From: Methanomassiliicoccales archaeon UBA147
GTDB taxonomy: Archaea; Thermoplasmatota; Thermoplasmata; SG8-5
NCBI GenBank assembly: GCA_002496385.1
Contig: DAJR01000049.1
Location: 198-64,197 of the forward strand
DNA length: 64,000 bases
Direction: 5' to 3'
The first letter of the stretch is position 1. The number at the start of each line of letters is the position of its first letter. A program made the translations under genes and the position numbers. Of the stretch, positions 1-9,842 are shown piece after piece. The notes beneath the pieces are model-generated. The model did not search any database, was not told the origin of the DNA, and saw only the letters and a program-made list of their open reading frames with translations.

Positions 1-3000
1 CTGGCCATCGCGCTGGTGTTCTGCATGGGCATGTTCAGCCCGATGGTTGCGACGGTAGGGTCCGCCGAGGCCTGGCAACCGACATCGCTTCTTGGATATG
101 AGGAGCCAAGCGAGCCGCTGACAGCCGAGCCGCAGCCCGAGATGCTGGCCGCGCCGGAGCCGGTGGAGCCGAATACGATAATCATTCAGCCGAATGGGGC
201 GGTGGGGAAGGACACATACATAGCCAGTGGTTTACTTCAAGATAACAATTATGGGGGCGAGGCCACTCTTGTGCTTGGAACCGATGGAACAAATAATTTC
301 AAAGGTCTCGTTCAGTTCACGCTTCCGGCCAAAATCGCGAGTATAAGGTCCGCCACCCTCTCACTGTTTTGTAATCAAATCGATTTCGGAACAAGACTCA
401 ATGTCTCTGTCGAACCCGTTTCCGCATCCTGGTCGGAGGGCGACGGAACCAATTTCCTTGACGCGACATGGCTCAACAGGAATACCGGAACTCCCTGGGC
501 GACAGCCGGAGGAGTGTCTGACTCAACACAATCCTCTTATCAGGTATTATCAAACCGCAATGTTTGGCATCACTGGAATGTTACCCCGATAGTTACAGGC
601 TGGAACTCAGGTACACCGAACAATGGCTTCATGCTCAACTGGTCCTCCGTTTCTGGGCCATCCTGGGTTATTTTTTATACCAGCGACGAGCCGAATTTAA
701 AATACCACCCCAAGCTCACCATCTCCTACTCCGCCGAGATAACCACGCCAGTCGGTGCCCAGGTCTTCCAGGAGGACGACCCGGCCCGAAACATACCGCT
801 GAGCGGGAGGGGGAACGGGACTGTGGAGCACATATCAGACACTCCTACAACCAGCAACCCCATTCCGTTCTGGGGCAGTTCGCACGACAAGGTATTCCAT
901 CACAATCTTTACAATTCGACACAGGTCGGCTGTGAAGGGACCATCCGAAGAATCGGGTTTGACAGGTCCAACCCAACAAGCCCGACTGAAGGGGCCGGGC
1001 TGTTCCAAAACCTAAGGATATCTATGGCGCACACAACAAAGACGGTACTCTCTTCTATAACATTCGATTCGAATTATCACGGCAGCCTCATTGAAGTTTT
1101 CCATGCAACCAACGTTTATATCAATTCCAGCAACGGCGATTCTTGGATATATTTCGACCTGAATAAGAACTTCACCTACGACTCGCAGTACAACCTCCTG
1201 GTCAACATATCTTGGGACCAGGATGGAGGAACCGACGTTCGTTTAAAAATAATCAATACCGGGGCAGGGTGCAGGGCTTACAGTCTGGACGGTGTTTCAT
1301 CAGCCGTTACAAACAGCCTTGTCACAAAGTTCTTCGTCGATGCCGCGGACAACGGTGCTTTCGATAAAGGCACTGTTGAAAACGGTTTCCTCTTCCCGGC
1401 GGCGTCGGATTACACGCGGTTCCAGATGCTTTACAATGCGACATTGCTCGGGAATCAGAGCGGCCTTTTGGATTTATTGCAATTCTACAAGGTGGATACC
1501 GATTCCGGCTCGTTCTACAACCTGACTATAAAGGTGGCCCACACTGACAAGTCTGACCTTTCCGCTACATTCTCAGAAAATTACATCGGCACATTGACCA
1601 CTGTTTTCTATCGGGCGAATTTCACCTTCGAACCATATCCATACTGGGTAGAATTCGATGTGGAGGATGTATTTTTTTATGATGGGGCGAGAAACCTGTT
1701 AGTCGAAATCGAATGGCGCGGTGTGCCAATAATCACAAGCGCAATCGGCCTTGTTAGGTATCCTCTTAATTCTGGGGCCGCTCATAATTGGACCTATACT
1801 CGAACTTTGGGGGCATTGACGGGAACCGTCGACACCAGGATATTCAGCATGCAAGCCATCTTCGCCGATTCCACCAACCTCACCTGGTCCGCGTCCAGCA
1901 GCGACGTGAGCAAGTTCACTGCCTCGGTCACCGGGCGAACCCTGACCATCACCCCCCTGGCGAACGCCAACGGCGCCGGCGTGGTACACCTGACGCTCAC
2001 CAACGCGGGCGGCGGCTCTGTCACCCAGAACATCCCCGTCATCATAACCGCAGTGAACGACGCGCCAATCCTGGCCGCTCTCGCCACCATCCAGTGCGTC
2101 GAGGACGTGCCTTATGCGCTGAACATTACTGCCAGCATCACGGACATAGACGACGTGATGTCGGACATCACTGTCACGACCACGTCCAATTATGACACGA
2201 TAGTCGGGAGGGTGATAACCTTCCTCTATCCCGAAGGTGTGCTGGGCGAAACCGTCACTGTGACAGTCACCGATAAGGGCGGGCTGAAATCAATCCAGCC
2301 GCTGGTAACCCGCGTCACGATGATCAATGACAAACCCCAGTTCACCGGTTTCATATCTAACATCACCTGCGACGCAACCGTCCCGAGCCAGCTCTCGCTC
2401 ACAGCCACCGACGAGGAGACCCCGACCGGTCATCTCACGATATCCTCTGCCTCGCAGTATGCCAATGTGTCCGGTCACTCAGTGCGCCTGCTGTACCCGA
2501 AGGGCATAGGCACCGACCAGGTCACAATCGTGCTGAGCGACAACCTGACTTATGGCACACAGAACAACGTGAGCTACCAGCTCAATGTAATCATAATCGA
2601 CCACCCGGAAGTTTCGGGCTACTGGCCCCGGGACATCGATGTACCAGTCACAACATTTGTTCGGGTGGCCTTTGACATGCCGATGAACATGACCAAGGTG
2701 GAGAACGCATTCTCGATGAGGCTGGGAACGACCTATGTGGTCGGCAATTTCACATGGGACACCCCCGGTACGGTCTTGAACTTCACGCCGGCCAGCCATC
2801 TGACCAACGGCCTGTACGTCGTTCGGATAGCGGCTTCCGCTGAAAGCACGGACGGCATAACCATGCTCGGCGCCTTTGAATGGAATTTCACCGCCGCCCT
2901 CGGAAGTTTCGACGGCGACGGCGACGGCATGCCGGACCAGTGGGAACTTGACAATGGCTTGGACCCGGACGCGGACGACGCGGATGGAGACGCGGACTAT

Positions 3001-3432
3001 GACGGCATGCCCAACCTCTACGAGTACGAGAACGGCCTTGACCCGTCCGTGAACGATGCCAATGCCGATCTGGACGGCGACGGCATGCCCAATATCTACG
3101 AGTATGCAAACAACCTTGACCCGGGAGTCAACGACGCCGACGGCGACGCTGACAATGATGGCTACACCAATTTCGAGGAATACGAAGCTGGAACCGATCC
3201 GAACGACCCGGACAGCTCTCCGGCGAGCTACACCTGGATAATACTTCTCATCCTCGTCGTCGCGGTCGTGGCAGTCCTGCTGCTGGTGATGATGCTGATG
3301 AAACGCGGCAAGAAGCCCGCTCCTGAGCCGCAGTTCCAGGAGGGCAACTACCCGCCGCCCCCACCACCGCCGGGCTTTCAACCGGAGGCCCCCCTGCCGC
3401 CGGACGGGCCGATGCCGCCATCGGACGTCTAG
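1..3432 (+). CDS. Large membrane-anchored surface protein, 5'-truncated by the window edge. Contains a DNRLRE-like domain, cadherin-like repeats, an SbsA-Ig-like domain, TSP3-like Asp-rich repeats, a C-terminal TM helix and a polyproline tail.
   Basis: Frame 1 is open from nt 1. LAIALVFCMGMFSPMVATVGSAEA looks like a signal-peptide h-region, so the true start lies upstream. Motifs read: TLVLGTDGTNNFKGLVQF...SWSEGDGT...ATWLNR (DNRLRE-like); VNDAPI and INDKPQF repeats; DGDGMPDQWE / DADYDGMPNLYEYENGLDP repeats; TM segment YTWIILLILVVAVVAVLLLVMMLM; many N-x-S/T sequons. Confidence 0.75.
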   Translation: MAIALVFCMGMFSPMVATVGSAEAWQPTSLLGYEEPSEPLTAEPQPEMLAAPEPVEPNTIIIQPNGAVGKDTYIASGLLQDNNYGGEATLVLGTDGTNNFKGLVQFTLPAKIASIRSATLSLFCNQIDFGTRLNVSVEPVSASWSEGDGTNFLDATWLNRNTGTPWATAGGVSDSTQSSYQVLSNRNVWHHWNVTPIVTGWNSGTPNNGFMLNWSSVSGPSWVIFYTSDEPNLKYHPKLTISYSAEITTPVGAQVFQEDDPARNIPLSGRGNGTVEHISDTPTTSNPIPFWGSSHDKVFHHNLYNSTQVGCEGTIRRIGFDRSNPTSPTEGAGLFQNLRISMAHTTKTVLSSITFDSNYHGSLIEVFHATNVYINSSNGDSWIYFDLNKNFTYDSQYNLLVNISWDQDGGTDVRLKIINTGAGCRAYSLDGVSSAVTNSLVTKFFVDAADNGAFDKGTVENGFLFPAASDYTRFQMLYNATLLGNQSGLLDLLQFYKVDTDSGSFYNLTIKVAHTDKSDLSATFSENYIGTLTTVFYRANFTFEPYPYWVEFDVEDVFFYDGARNLLVEIEWRGVPIITSAIGLVRYPLNSGAAHNWTYTRTLGALTGTVDTRIFSMQAIFADSTNLTWSASSSDVSKFTASVTGRTLTITPLANANGAGVVHLTLTNAGGGSVTQNIPVIITAVNDAPILAALATIQCVEDVPYALNITASITDIDDVMSDITVTTTSNYDTIVGRVITFLYPEGVLGETVTVTVTDKGGLKSIQPLVTRVTMINDKPQFTGFISNITCDATVPSQLSLTATDEETPTGHLTISSASQYANVSGHSVRLLYPKGIGTDQVTIVLSDNLTYGTQNNVSYQLNVIIIDHPEVSGYWPRDIDVPVTTFVRVAFDMPMNMTKVENAFSMRLGTTYVVGNFTWDTPGTVLNFTPASHLTNGLYVVRIAASAESTDGITMLGAFEWNFTAALGSFDGDGDGMPDQWELDNGLDPDADDADGDADYDGMPNLYEYENGLDPSVNDANADLDGDGMPNIYEYANNLDPGVNDADGDADNDGYTNFEEYEAGTDPNDPDSSPASYTWIILLILVVAVVAVLLLVMMLMKRGKKPAPEPQFQEGNYPPPPPPPGFQPEAPLPPDGPMPPSDV

Positions 3433-3600
3433 GGCTTAAATCCCCTTGGCACCCAGCAATAGTTCCCAGGCGGAACTTGGCCAATAGTTGACACACTCCA
3501 TTACAGCGGAGCTTGTCCAGACCAAAATGTTCGCCGCAGAATCCCCAAGGTTATTAAATTTTTCAAAATATTTATTAACCGGCGATACATACAGCTATCC

Positions 3601-4365
3601 ATGTCAACATTGATTTGGATACTCCTGGCGACCTTCCTGGTCAGCCTCATCGCATTCGTAGGGGCTGTCACGCTGGCCCTCTCCCCCAAAACACTGAAGA
3701 AGATACTCCTGGCCCTTGTGGGGCTGGCGGCCGGCACTCTGATAGGCGGCGCATTCCTCCACCTGATCCCCGAAGCCCTTCACGAGATGGAGGACATGTC
3801 CGGCGTATCGCATGACAACGTCATGCTGATGGTTATTGTCGGCTTTGTCATATTCTTCATACTGGAGAAGGTGCTGTGGCGTCACTGTCATGAGAAGGAC
3901 TGCAAGATTCACACCTTCGCCTACCTGAACCTGTTCGGCGACGGACTGCATAACTTCCTGGACGGGCTGATAATCGCCGCGGGATTCCTGGCCGGTTCGG
4001 AGATTGGGCTCGTCACCACATTGGCCGTGGCCTTCCATGAGATTCCCCAGGAGATCGGGGATTTCGGTGTTCTCGTTCATGGCGGCATAACCAGGGCCAA
4101 AGCCCTGATGTTCAATTTCGCGACGGCCGTAACCGCTGTGGCGGGTGGGGTAATTGGCTATTTCCTGATACCCGAGATAGGGAATTTTGACATCTATATC
4201 CTTCCGATTGCGGCAGGGGGCTTCCTTTACATTGCGGCAGCTGACCTGATACCAGAACTGCACAAGGAGCGCCGCGCATCCAGGACCGTGCTTGCATTTG
4301 CCATGTTCCTCATCGGCATCTTCCTGATGTGGGGCATGAAATTCATCATACACGGGGTCCACTGA
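3601..4365 (+). CDS. ZIP family divalent metal transporter (ZupT/GufA-like)
   Basis: Multi-TM profile and the HEIPQEIGDFGVL signature. An AT-rich TATA-like tract at 3551-3580 lies about 25 nt upstream of the ATG, suggesting a leaderless or short leader. Confidence 0.85.
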   Translation: MSTLIWILLATFLVSLIAFVGAVTLALSPKTLKKILLALVGLAAGTLIGGAFLHLIPEALHEMEDMSGVSHDNVMLMVIVGFVIFFILEKVLWRHCHEKDCKIHTFAYLNLFGDGLHNFLDGLIIAAGFLAGSEIGLVTTLAVAFHEIPQEIGDFGVLVHGGITRAKALMFNFATAVTAVAGGVIGYFLIPEIGNFDIYILPIAAGGFLYIAAADLIPELHKERRASRTVLAFAMFLIGIFLMWGMKFIIHGVH

Positions 4366-4775
4366 TGCCCGTCAAAGGCCACAATGGGACTAAGATAGTC
4401 TCGCACAGCCTGCCTTGCTCGATGCTTGCCGACATTGATTCAGCTGTGGAACGCATCGGCTACACCAGCCGCTCAGAGCTGGTGCGGGACGCTGTCCGAG
4501 CGTTTCTGAGGGATAAGGCCGAACTCGCAAAACTTTCAGGTCACATTGACGGCATACTGATGCTGGTCTATGACCACGAAAGCGCCGCCCAGGTCTCGGA
4601 GGTGCGGCACCGTCACATGGGCGTGTTCAAGTCATTCATGCACGCCGATTTCGACGGCGGGGGAGACTGCTGCGAGGTCCTGATGTTCTGCGGGGACGCC
4701 GAAGAGGTGAAGGAATCCCATAACCAACTTTCATCCCTTGTGGGCGTGAAAGAAGCCAGGATATTCCTGGCATGA
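4365..4775 (+). CDS. nikR: NikR-family metal-responsive regulator (ribbon-helix-helix domain plus C-terminal metal-binding domain)
   Basis: The N-terminal RHH (DIDSAVERIGYTSRSELVRDAVRAFL) and the C-terminal block LVYDHE...RHRH...H...CCEVLMFCGD align by eye with the E. coli NikR H-HxH-C metal site. The ATG at 4365 overlaps the ZIP stop codon (TGATG). Confidence 0.75.
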   Translation: MPVKGHNGTKIVSHSLPCSMLADIDSAVERIGYTSRSELVRDAVRAFLRDKAELAKLSGHIDGILMLVYDHESAAQVSEVRHRHMGVFKSFMHADFDGGGDCCEVLMFCGDAEEVKESHNQLSSLVGVKEARIFLA

Positions 4776-4812
4776 CAGCATCCTTTTATCGCACTTCCGG
4801 CATCGGGGTTTC

Positions 4813-6009
4813 ATGGGTCTTTTGCCCGATTACGGGGACATCCGAGAGCCGGCAGTGAGAGCCAAGTACGGCAAGCTGGAAGCCACTGTCGGGCTCGCAG
4901 GAAATTCTTTATTGTTCGTGGGAAAACTTGTGCTGGCAACGGCAGTATCGAGCATGGCTGTCCTGGGAGACTCACTGAACCATCTGATGGACATCGTGGT
5001 CTCCGGTGTGATATTGTATTCGTTCATCGTCACAGCGAAGCCCGCGGACGAGCACCATCCCTACGGCCACGGAAGGGCCGAATCCATCCTGGCGATACTG
5101 GTGTCCTTCCTCGTGATAGCCATGGGAATTCTGGTTATTCATGAGGCGCTTTCAACCTTAAACACGCCAAACATAGAAGCGAATCTCACGGCCGTGATGA
5201 TTCTGCTCGCCTTCACCGCAGTGAAGATGTTCCTCTCCGGATTCGCCTTCTCAGTTGCCAGGAAGATCGACAGCGCCGCAGTCAGGGCGGATGCATGGAA
5301 CCATCTATCCGACTCGCTGATATCCATTGCAGTTGCCATTGGGGTGGGCATAACAGTGATTTTCCCGAAATACATTATTCTGGACCCGCTGTTGGCCTTT
5401 GGAATCGGCCTGTTCGTTGTCGGGGTGGGGATAAAACTTACCTACGATTCTGCGAAGAGCCTCATGGGCTCCGCGCCCGACAGAGCCACCCTGGAGGAGA
5501 TTGAACGGTGCGCCCGGAAAGTCCCCGGCGTGATTAACACTCATCATATCGAGATACATGAATACGGCGCATACAAGGCAATTTCGATGCACGTGAGAGT
5601 GTCAGAATCCATGGGCGCGGCCGAGGCACATGACATTGCGGAGAAAGTCGAGAAATGCATCGAGGAGCAGTTCAGGACGCGGCCGATAGTCCACATAGAT
5701 CCGGTGAAGAGCCACTGCGAGGAATGCGAGCTGGCCATGATAAAGGATGTGGCAAAGGGCTTCCCCGGGGTGATATCGGTGCATGAGGCGACCATCCTTC
5801 ATGGGGCGGGGGGTGCGGTTGTGGACATGCATGTCCTGATCGACGGCGCAACCAGCATCGAGAAGGGGCATGCGTTGGTCCATGACATCATGGCAGAGGT
5901 TGCCAGGAGATTCCCCGATTTCAGAGCAGACATACATCTGGAACCCTGCACAGGCAACTGCCCGGAATGTACCGAGGAATGCGACAGGAAGGGGGGCGTG
6001 GACCGATGA
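4813..6009 (+). CDS. Cation diffusion facilitator (CDF) metal efflux transporter with a duplicated cytoplasmic domain and a Cys-rich tail
   Basis: Six-TM N-terminal half with HHPYGHGRAE and DSLNH/HLSD motifs. Two successive ZT-dimer-like C-terminal domains are present (IEIHEYGAY...VHIDP and VHEATILHG...IHLEP). The protein ends in CTGNCPECTEEC. Confidence 0.85.
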   Translation: MGLLPDYGDIREPAVRAKYGKLEATVGLAGNSLLFVGKLVLATAVSSMAVLGDSLNHLMDIVVSGVILYSFIVTAKPADEHHPYGHGRAESILAILVSFLVIAMGILVIHEALSTLNTPNIEANLTAVMILLAFTAVKMFLSGFAFSVARKIDSAAVRADAWNHLSDSLISIAVAIGVGITVIFPKYIILDPLLAFGIGLFVVGVGIKLTYDSAKSLMGSAPDRATLEEIERCARKVPGVINTHHIEIHEYGAYKAISMHVRVSESMGAAEAHDIAEKVEKCIEEQFRTRPIVHIDPVKSHCEECELAMIKDVAKGFPGVISVHEATILHGAGGAVVDMHVLIDGATSIEKGHALVHDIMAEVARRFPDFRADIHLEPCTGNCPECTEECDRKGGVDR

Positions 6010-6857
6010 TACCCCTGCCAAGGGACCAACACTGGAAGGCCGCCAACGCACTTGAAGATGTCCCCTTCAACACGCTGTTCGCCAGCACGGTGGCGGACAA
6101 TGTGCTGCCAGGAAGGGTTTTTGTGGACTGTGTCAAGGAACCGACCGTATTCCTGGTCGCCCATCCGTACGGGATGTCCCTTCTGTTCGGAAGAACGGAT
6201 GCCGCCGAATTTAACGCAGCGCTCCATGGGTATCTCGTCAATGCCAAAGGCGACCGCAAGGGCGCCGAATGGCTTCAGGTGCATCCGATCGAATGGAAAC
6301 AGGTTTTGGAACACCTCCTCGGCTCTGACCTGGCAGTGAAGCAAAGCCAGCCCGAAATCCCCGCAGCATCCCCGAATGACCCGGGCAAGGTCATGGAATA
6401 CACGCGGGTCAATTTCCGGTTCGACAGGGCCAGATACACGGAATTCTCAAGCAGGTGCCCGCCGACGCCAGGCACAATCGTCCGAACAGACAGCCGGATG
6501 TTCCGTGAAATGCAGGGTCAGGTGATTCCCAAGAATTTCTGGATGGACGAGGACCATTTCATGGGCGAGGGCGTGGGCTTCACGCTGATGGCGGAAGGCA
6601 GGCCCGCGGCCACCGCATTCTGCGCCTTCCTTAAGGATAACATGCTCGAGATTGGCATCGAGACAGATGCCATGCACCGGGGAAAGGGGTATGCGGCGCA
6701 TGCCTGCAAAGCGTTGATAGATTATTGCATTGAAAACGGATTTGAACCAATCTGGTCCTGCCGGCTGGAGAATGCGGGCTCGTTCCGTCTCGCCCTGAAA
6801 CTGGGGTTCGAACCGACCCTCTATATTCCGTACTATCAGCTGGTCAGCAAAGCCTGA
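6006..6857 (+). CDS. GNAT family N-acetyltransferase
   Basis: C-terminal GNAT core HRGKGYAAHACKALIDYCIENGFEPIWSCRLENAGSFRLALKLGFEP. The ATG at 6006 overlaps the CDF stop codon (ATGA). Confidence 0.7.
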   Translation: MIPLPRDQHWKAANALEDVPFNTLFASTVADNVLPGRVFVDCVKEPTVFLVAHPYGMSLLFGRTDAAEFNAALHGYLVNAKGDRKGAEWLQVHPIEWKQVLEHLLGSDLAVKQSQPEIPAASPNDPGKVMEYTRVNFRFDRARYTEFSSRCPPTPGTIVRTDSRMFREMQGQVIPKNFWMDEDHFMGEGVGFTLMAEGRPAATAFCAFLKDNMLEIGIETDAMHRGKGYAAHACKALIDYCIENGFEPIWSCRLENAGSFRLALKLGFEPTLYIPYYQLVSKA

Positions 6858-6860
6858 CCA

Positions 6861-9797
6861 TCACAATGGCGCCTTCAGTTCGGCGAGTGCCATCTCGGCC
6901 TTTTTCAGCCACACACCCATCTTCATGTCGCGGAATTTATCATGGGCTTGGCTCATCATCTTTCTTGCGTCATCTGTCTTGCCTTCTTTGGCCAGCAGGA
7001 GCCCGTAATCGAAGTCGATCATGGTGAGCATGGTCGTGTCCCCGACGCTCACCAGTATCTCCCTCGCCAGTTCGAACGATTCCCTGGCAATATCTAAATC
7101 GCCCATGTTGCGCCGGATGCAGCCAAGAACGTACATCGACGCGCCCTCTTCGCGCCTGGCACCCAGCTCTCTGGCGCTCTTCAGCGCAATGTCGATGTAC
7201 CGAAGAGCTTCTGTGAATTCGCCGATCTTGCCGTAGGTGTCGGCAAGCCCATAATAATTATAAACGAGGATGTGCTGGTCCCCTATCTCCCTGCATATTT
7301 CGATGCTTTCGAGGAAGCATGCGATGCCCTTGCGCTCCTCCCCCATATCGGGGTAAACATATCCCAAGCTGCTCAGTGACCAGGCCACACCGTTCCTGTC
7401 CCCGGCCATCCTGTACAGTTCAAGGCCGCGGAGGTGGTACCCCAGCGCCCTGCCGAGGTCCCCCAGGGTATGATACAGGTTTCCCATATTGTCAAGTGTG
7501 CCTGCCATTCCGTCCTTGTCCCCGACCTTCTCCTCGTAAGCAAGTCCCTCTTCGAAATAGGCCAGTGCGTCGTCCAACCTCCCGGTCTCCATGTACAGCA
7601 CCCCGATATTGTTCAGTGTGTTCATCCTGGCGCGCTCGTCGTTTATCTCCTTCTGCATGTCCAGGGCTTGCTGGTAATGCCCCAGTGCTTCCTCGTAATC
7701 GCCCCTGAACCAGCAGATTATCCCCATCTGGTGATGTGCGATGGAAATCTCCTTGCCGTCGGCCAGGGCGGCGGCGTTTGCCAGGCTGGTCCGCTGCTGT
7801 TCCATGGCCGCATCGTAATTGCCTACCTTGATGTGGTTCCAGGTCAGAGCCGCGAGGAGCCCCGACCTTACGGGCGCCGGCTCGGATCCGAGCAATCCCA
7901 GTCCCTTTTCGGCGGCGGCAATGCCCAGTTCATACTCGCTCTGCCTCTCGTGAGCCAGCGAGATCCTCCTCCAGATGTCAGCCCGATATTCCGGATCTTC
8001 GGCCAGATCCAGCGCCTCGTTGAACCTCTCTATCGCCCTGCCGCAATGCCCGGTTATCGTGTACAGGTCCCCGAGTTTGTCGAGGAGCGGGGCTCTCTTC
8101 ACCCCCTCCAGGGTGAGACCCAACGCCAGAGAGTAACACCTGATGGCCTCTTCGTTCGCATACCTGTCCTTCGCCCTGTCTCCCGCCATCTCCAGATAAT
8201 GGGCGGCATCCTTGTCCCCGGCCATGAATTTGTGGTGGGCCAGCTCCTCGGCGATGTCCGCCTCTCTCCCCGAGAACAGTTCCAGATATCCTTTGGCGAT
8301 GGCACAGTGGTATTCCCTTCTCAGCTCGTCGCCGATGCCGTCATAGAGGACGTCGCGTATCTTGCTGTGGTCGAAGGAATAGGCGTTCTGCAACGAATGT
8401 ATGAGCCTGTGCTCCTTTTCGATCCTGCCCAGCTTCTTCAGCAGGCTCATCCTGTTCAGCCCGAGGCTCAACCCAAGAACCTCGCTTCCGAACTTCTCCC
8501 CGACCACGCTGGCGCATTCCAGGACATCCTGTTCTTCTTGGTTCAATCTGTTCAGGCGCCTGCGGATCACGTCGTAGACCTTCGACGGGATGTTCATCTT
8601 TGAAATGTCACCGGACTGGCGCCATGTCCCGTCTGCGGGAACGATCGCCTGCTCCGCAACCATCAGGCGGACGAGCTCCAGGGTGAAGAACGGGTTCCCC
8701 TCGGATTCTTTGTGTATCCTTCCCGCAAAATCTTCCGGGAAATCACATGCGCCGAGAGCCCTCTCCACCATCATTCCGGTGTCCGTGCAATCAAGCCTGG
8801 CGAGCTTCAACTCGGTGAACAGCGATTCCCTGCTCATGTTCTGCATGACCGTCTCAAGGTGATGCGCCTCCCCGCCGGTGCTCCGAACAATATCCTCCGG
8901 CCTGTAGGTCGCCAGGAGCATGACCCTGCTGCTACGCGTGTTCCTGGAGAGATAGTGGAAAAGGCCCAGCGTTGTCGGGTCGGACCACTGGACATCGTCG
9001 AGGAAGAGCAGTACCGGCGACCGCTGCGCCAATCGCTGCACGCCCAACAGGATATTGTCGAAAAGGTTCTCCAGCTTGAGCTTGGGGTCGTCCTGCACAA
9101 ATTTTCCATCATACCTCGGGGAATTGACAAAACGCGTCATCGCGTCTTCCAGCCAGCTGTATTTTATCGAATCGAACCTTGTCGGGTCGAGCCGGGGCAC
9201 GGCATCCGAAAGTAGGCGGCCCATGTCCTCTATCAGAAACTCGTTCTCTGCCCCCTCTATCACGACCGCGAGGGACATACCGGACCTTGTCTGGACAAGG
9301 ATATTGTATCCCGAATGACCGATGGTGCTTATCCCGCCCGAGTTGCTATCCCTTCCCATCATCCTCAGGGAATCCGTGGCGAAGCTGGTGACCGCCTTAA
9401 GCATTGCCGCGAAAATATCCGCGTCCATGTCGCTTTTAATGCGCTCCGCGCGGGCGTATAGCATGCCCGCATCGTTGAGCAGGTATGCGGACAGCATCCT
9501 CGGCTGCGGATGCTCGTCCATCAGCCCGAGCAAGCCCGCTCCCCTGAGGGCCTCCTTCACAGGCATCAGCGGTTCCAGGCAATCGGGCAGGCACCACCCC
9601 CTCAGGATCATGGCTCCGCCCTTCTCCGCTTTCGAGATGGTTTCGCTGACCAGGCGGGTCTTCCCGATACCGGCTTCGCCGCACACGAATGTTGTGCTGC
9701 CACTTCCGCCGACAGCCTCTTCAAGGGCCTGGCTAAGCTTCTCCAGCTCTTCCTTCCGGCCGACAAGTTCGGGCTGCTGCATGCTGCTGTCTGCCAT
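6861..9797 (-). CDS. STAND/AAA_16-type P-loop ATPase with a C-terminal TPR array and an inserted Roadblock/LC7-like module
   Basis: Walker A GEAGIGKTRL and Walker B VLLFLDDVQWSD. A long TPR region has repeated A..Y/LG..Y motifs. A roughly 110-aa insert lies between the Walker motifs (see findings). Confidence 0.8.
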   Translation of the reverse strand: MADSSMQQPELVGRKEELEKLSQALEEAVGGSGSTTFVCGEAGIGKTRLVSETISKAEKGGAMILRGWCLPDCLEPLMPVKEALRGAGLLGLMDEHPQPRMLSAYLLNDAGMLYARAERIKSDMDADIFAAMLKAVTSFATDSLRMMGRDSNSGGISTIGHSGYNILVQTRSGMSLAVVIEGAENEFLIEDMGRLLSDAVPRLDPTRFDSIKYSWLEDAMTRFVNSPRYDGKFVQDDPKLKLENLFDNILLGVQRLAQRSPVLLFLDDVQWSDPTTLGLFHYLSRNTRSSRVMLLATYRPEDIVRSTGGEAHHLETVMQNMSRESLFTELKLARLDCTDTGMMVERALGACDFPEDFAGRIHKESEGNPFFTLELVRLMVAEQAIVPADGTWRQSGDISKMNIPSKVYDVIRRRLNRLNQEEQDVLECASVVGEKFGSEVLGLSLGLNRMSLLKKLGRIEKEHRLIHSLQNAYSFDHSKIRDVLYDGIGDELRREYHCAIAKGYLELFSGREADIAEELAHHKFMAGDKDAAHYLEMAGDRAKDRYANEEAIRCYSLALGLTLEGVKRAPLLDKLGDLYTITGHCGRAIERFNEALDLAEDPEYRADIWRRISLAHERQSEYELGIAAAEKGLGLLGSEPAPVRSGLLAALTWNHIKVGNYDAAMEQQRTSLANAAALADGKEISIAHHQMGIICWFRGDYEEALGHYQQALDMQKEINDERARMNTLNNIGVLYMETGRLDDALAYFEEGLAYEEKVGDKDGMAGTLDNMGNLYHTLGDLGRALGYHLRGLELYRMAGDRNGVAWSLSSLGYVYPDMGEERKGIACFLESIEICREIGDQHILVYNYYGLADTYGKIGEFTEALRYIDIALKSARELGARREEGASMYVLGCIRRNMGDLDIARESFELAREILVSVGDTTMLTMIDFDYGLLLAKEGKTDDARKMMSQAHDKFRDMKMGVWLKKAEMALAELKAPL

Positions 9798-9842
9798 CTG
9801 GTTCTATAATGCGTTCGGCGTGTAAAATGCTTTTCCCGGAGC

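Noticed and set aside
2479-3381. Long antisense ORFs overlapping confidently called genes. Examples: 2479-3381(-), 7434-8603(+), 12528-14096(+), 24457-25752(-), 27028-28200(+), 33991-34872(-), 38816-39451(+), 50224-51168(-), 52654-53502(-), 54960-55835(-), 56657-57367(-), 61590-62252(+).
   Set aside because: Each lies opposite a gene with clear family motifs. Their translations are Arg/His/Gly/Pro/Ser-rich with no recognisable motifs, as expected for chance open frames on the antisense strand of GC-rich coding sequence.
6806-6825. GGGGTTCGAACCGACC, which resembles a tRNA T-arm.
   Set aside because: It lies inside the GNAT coding sequence (LKLGFEPT) and has no surrounding cloverleaf.
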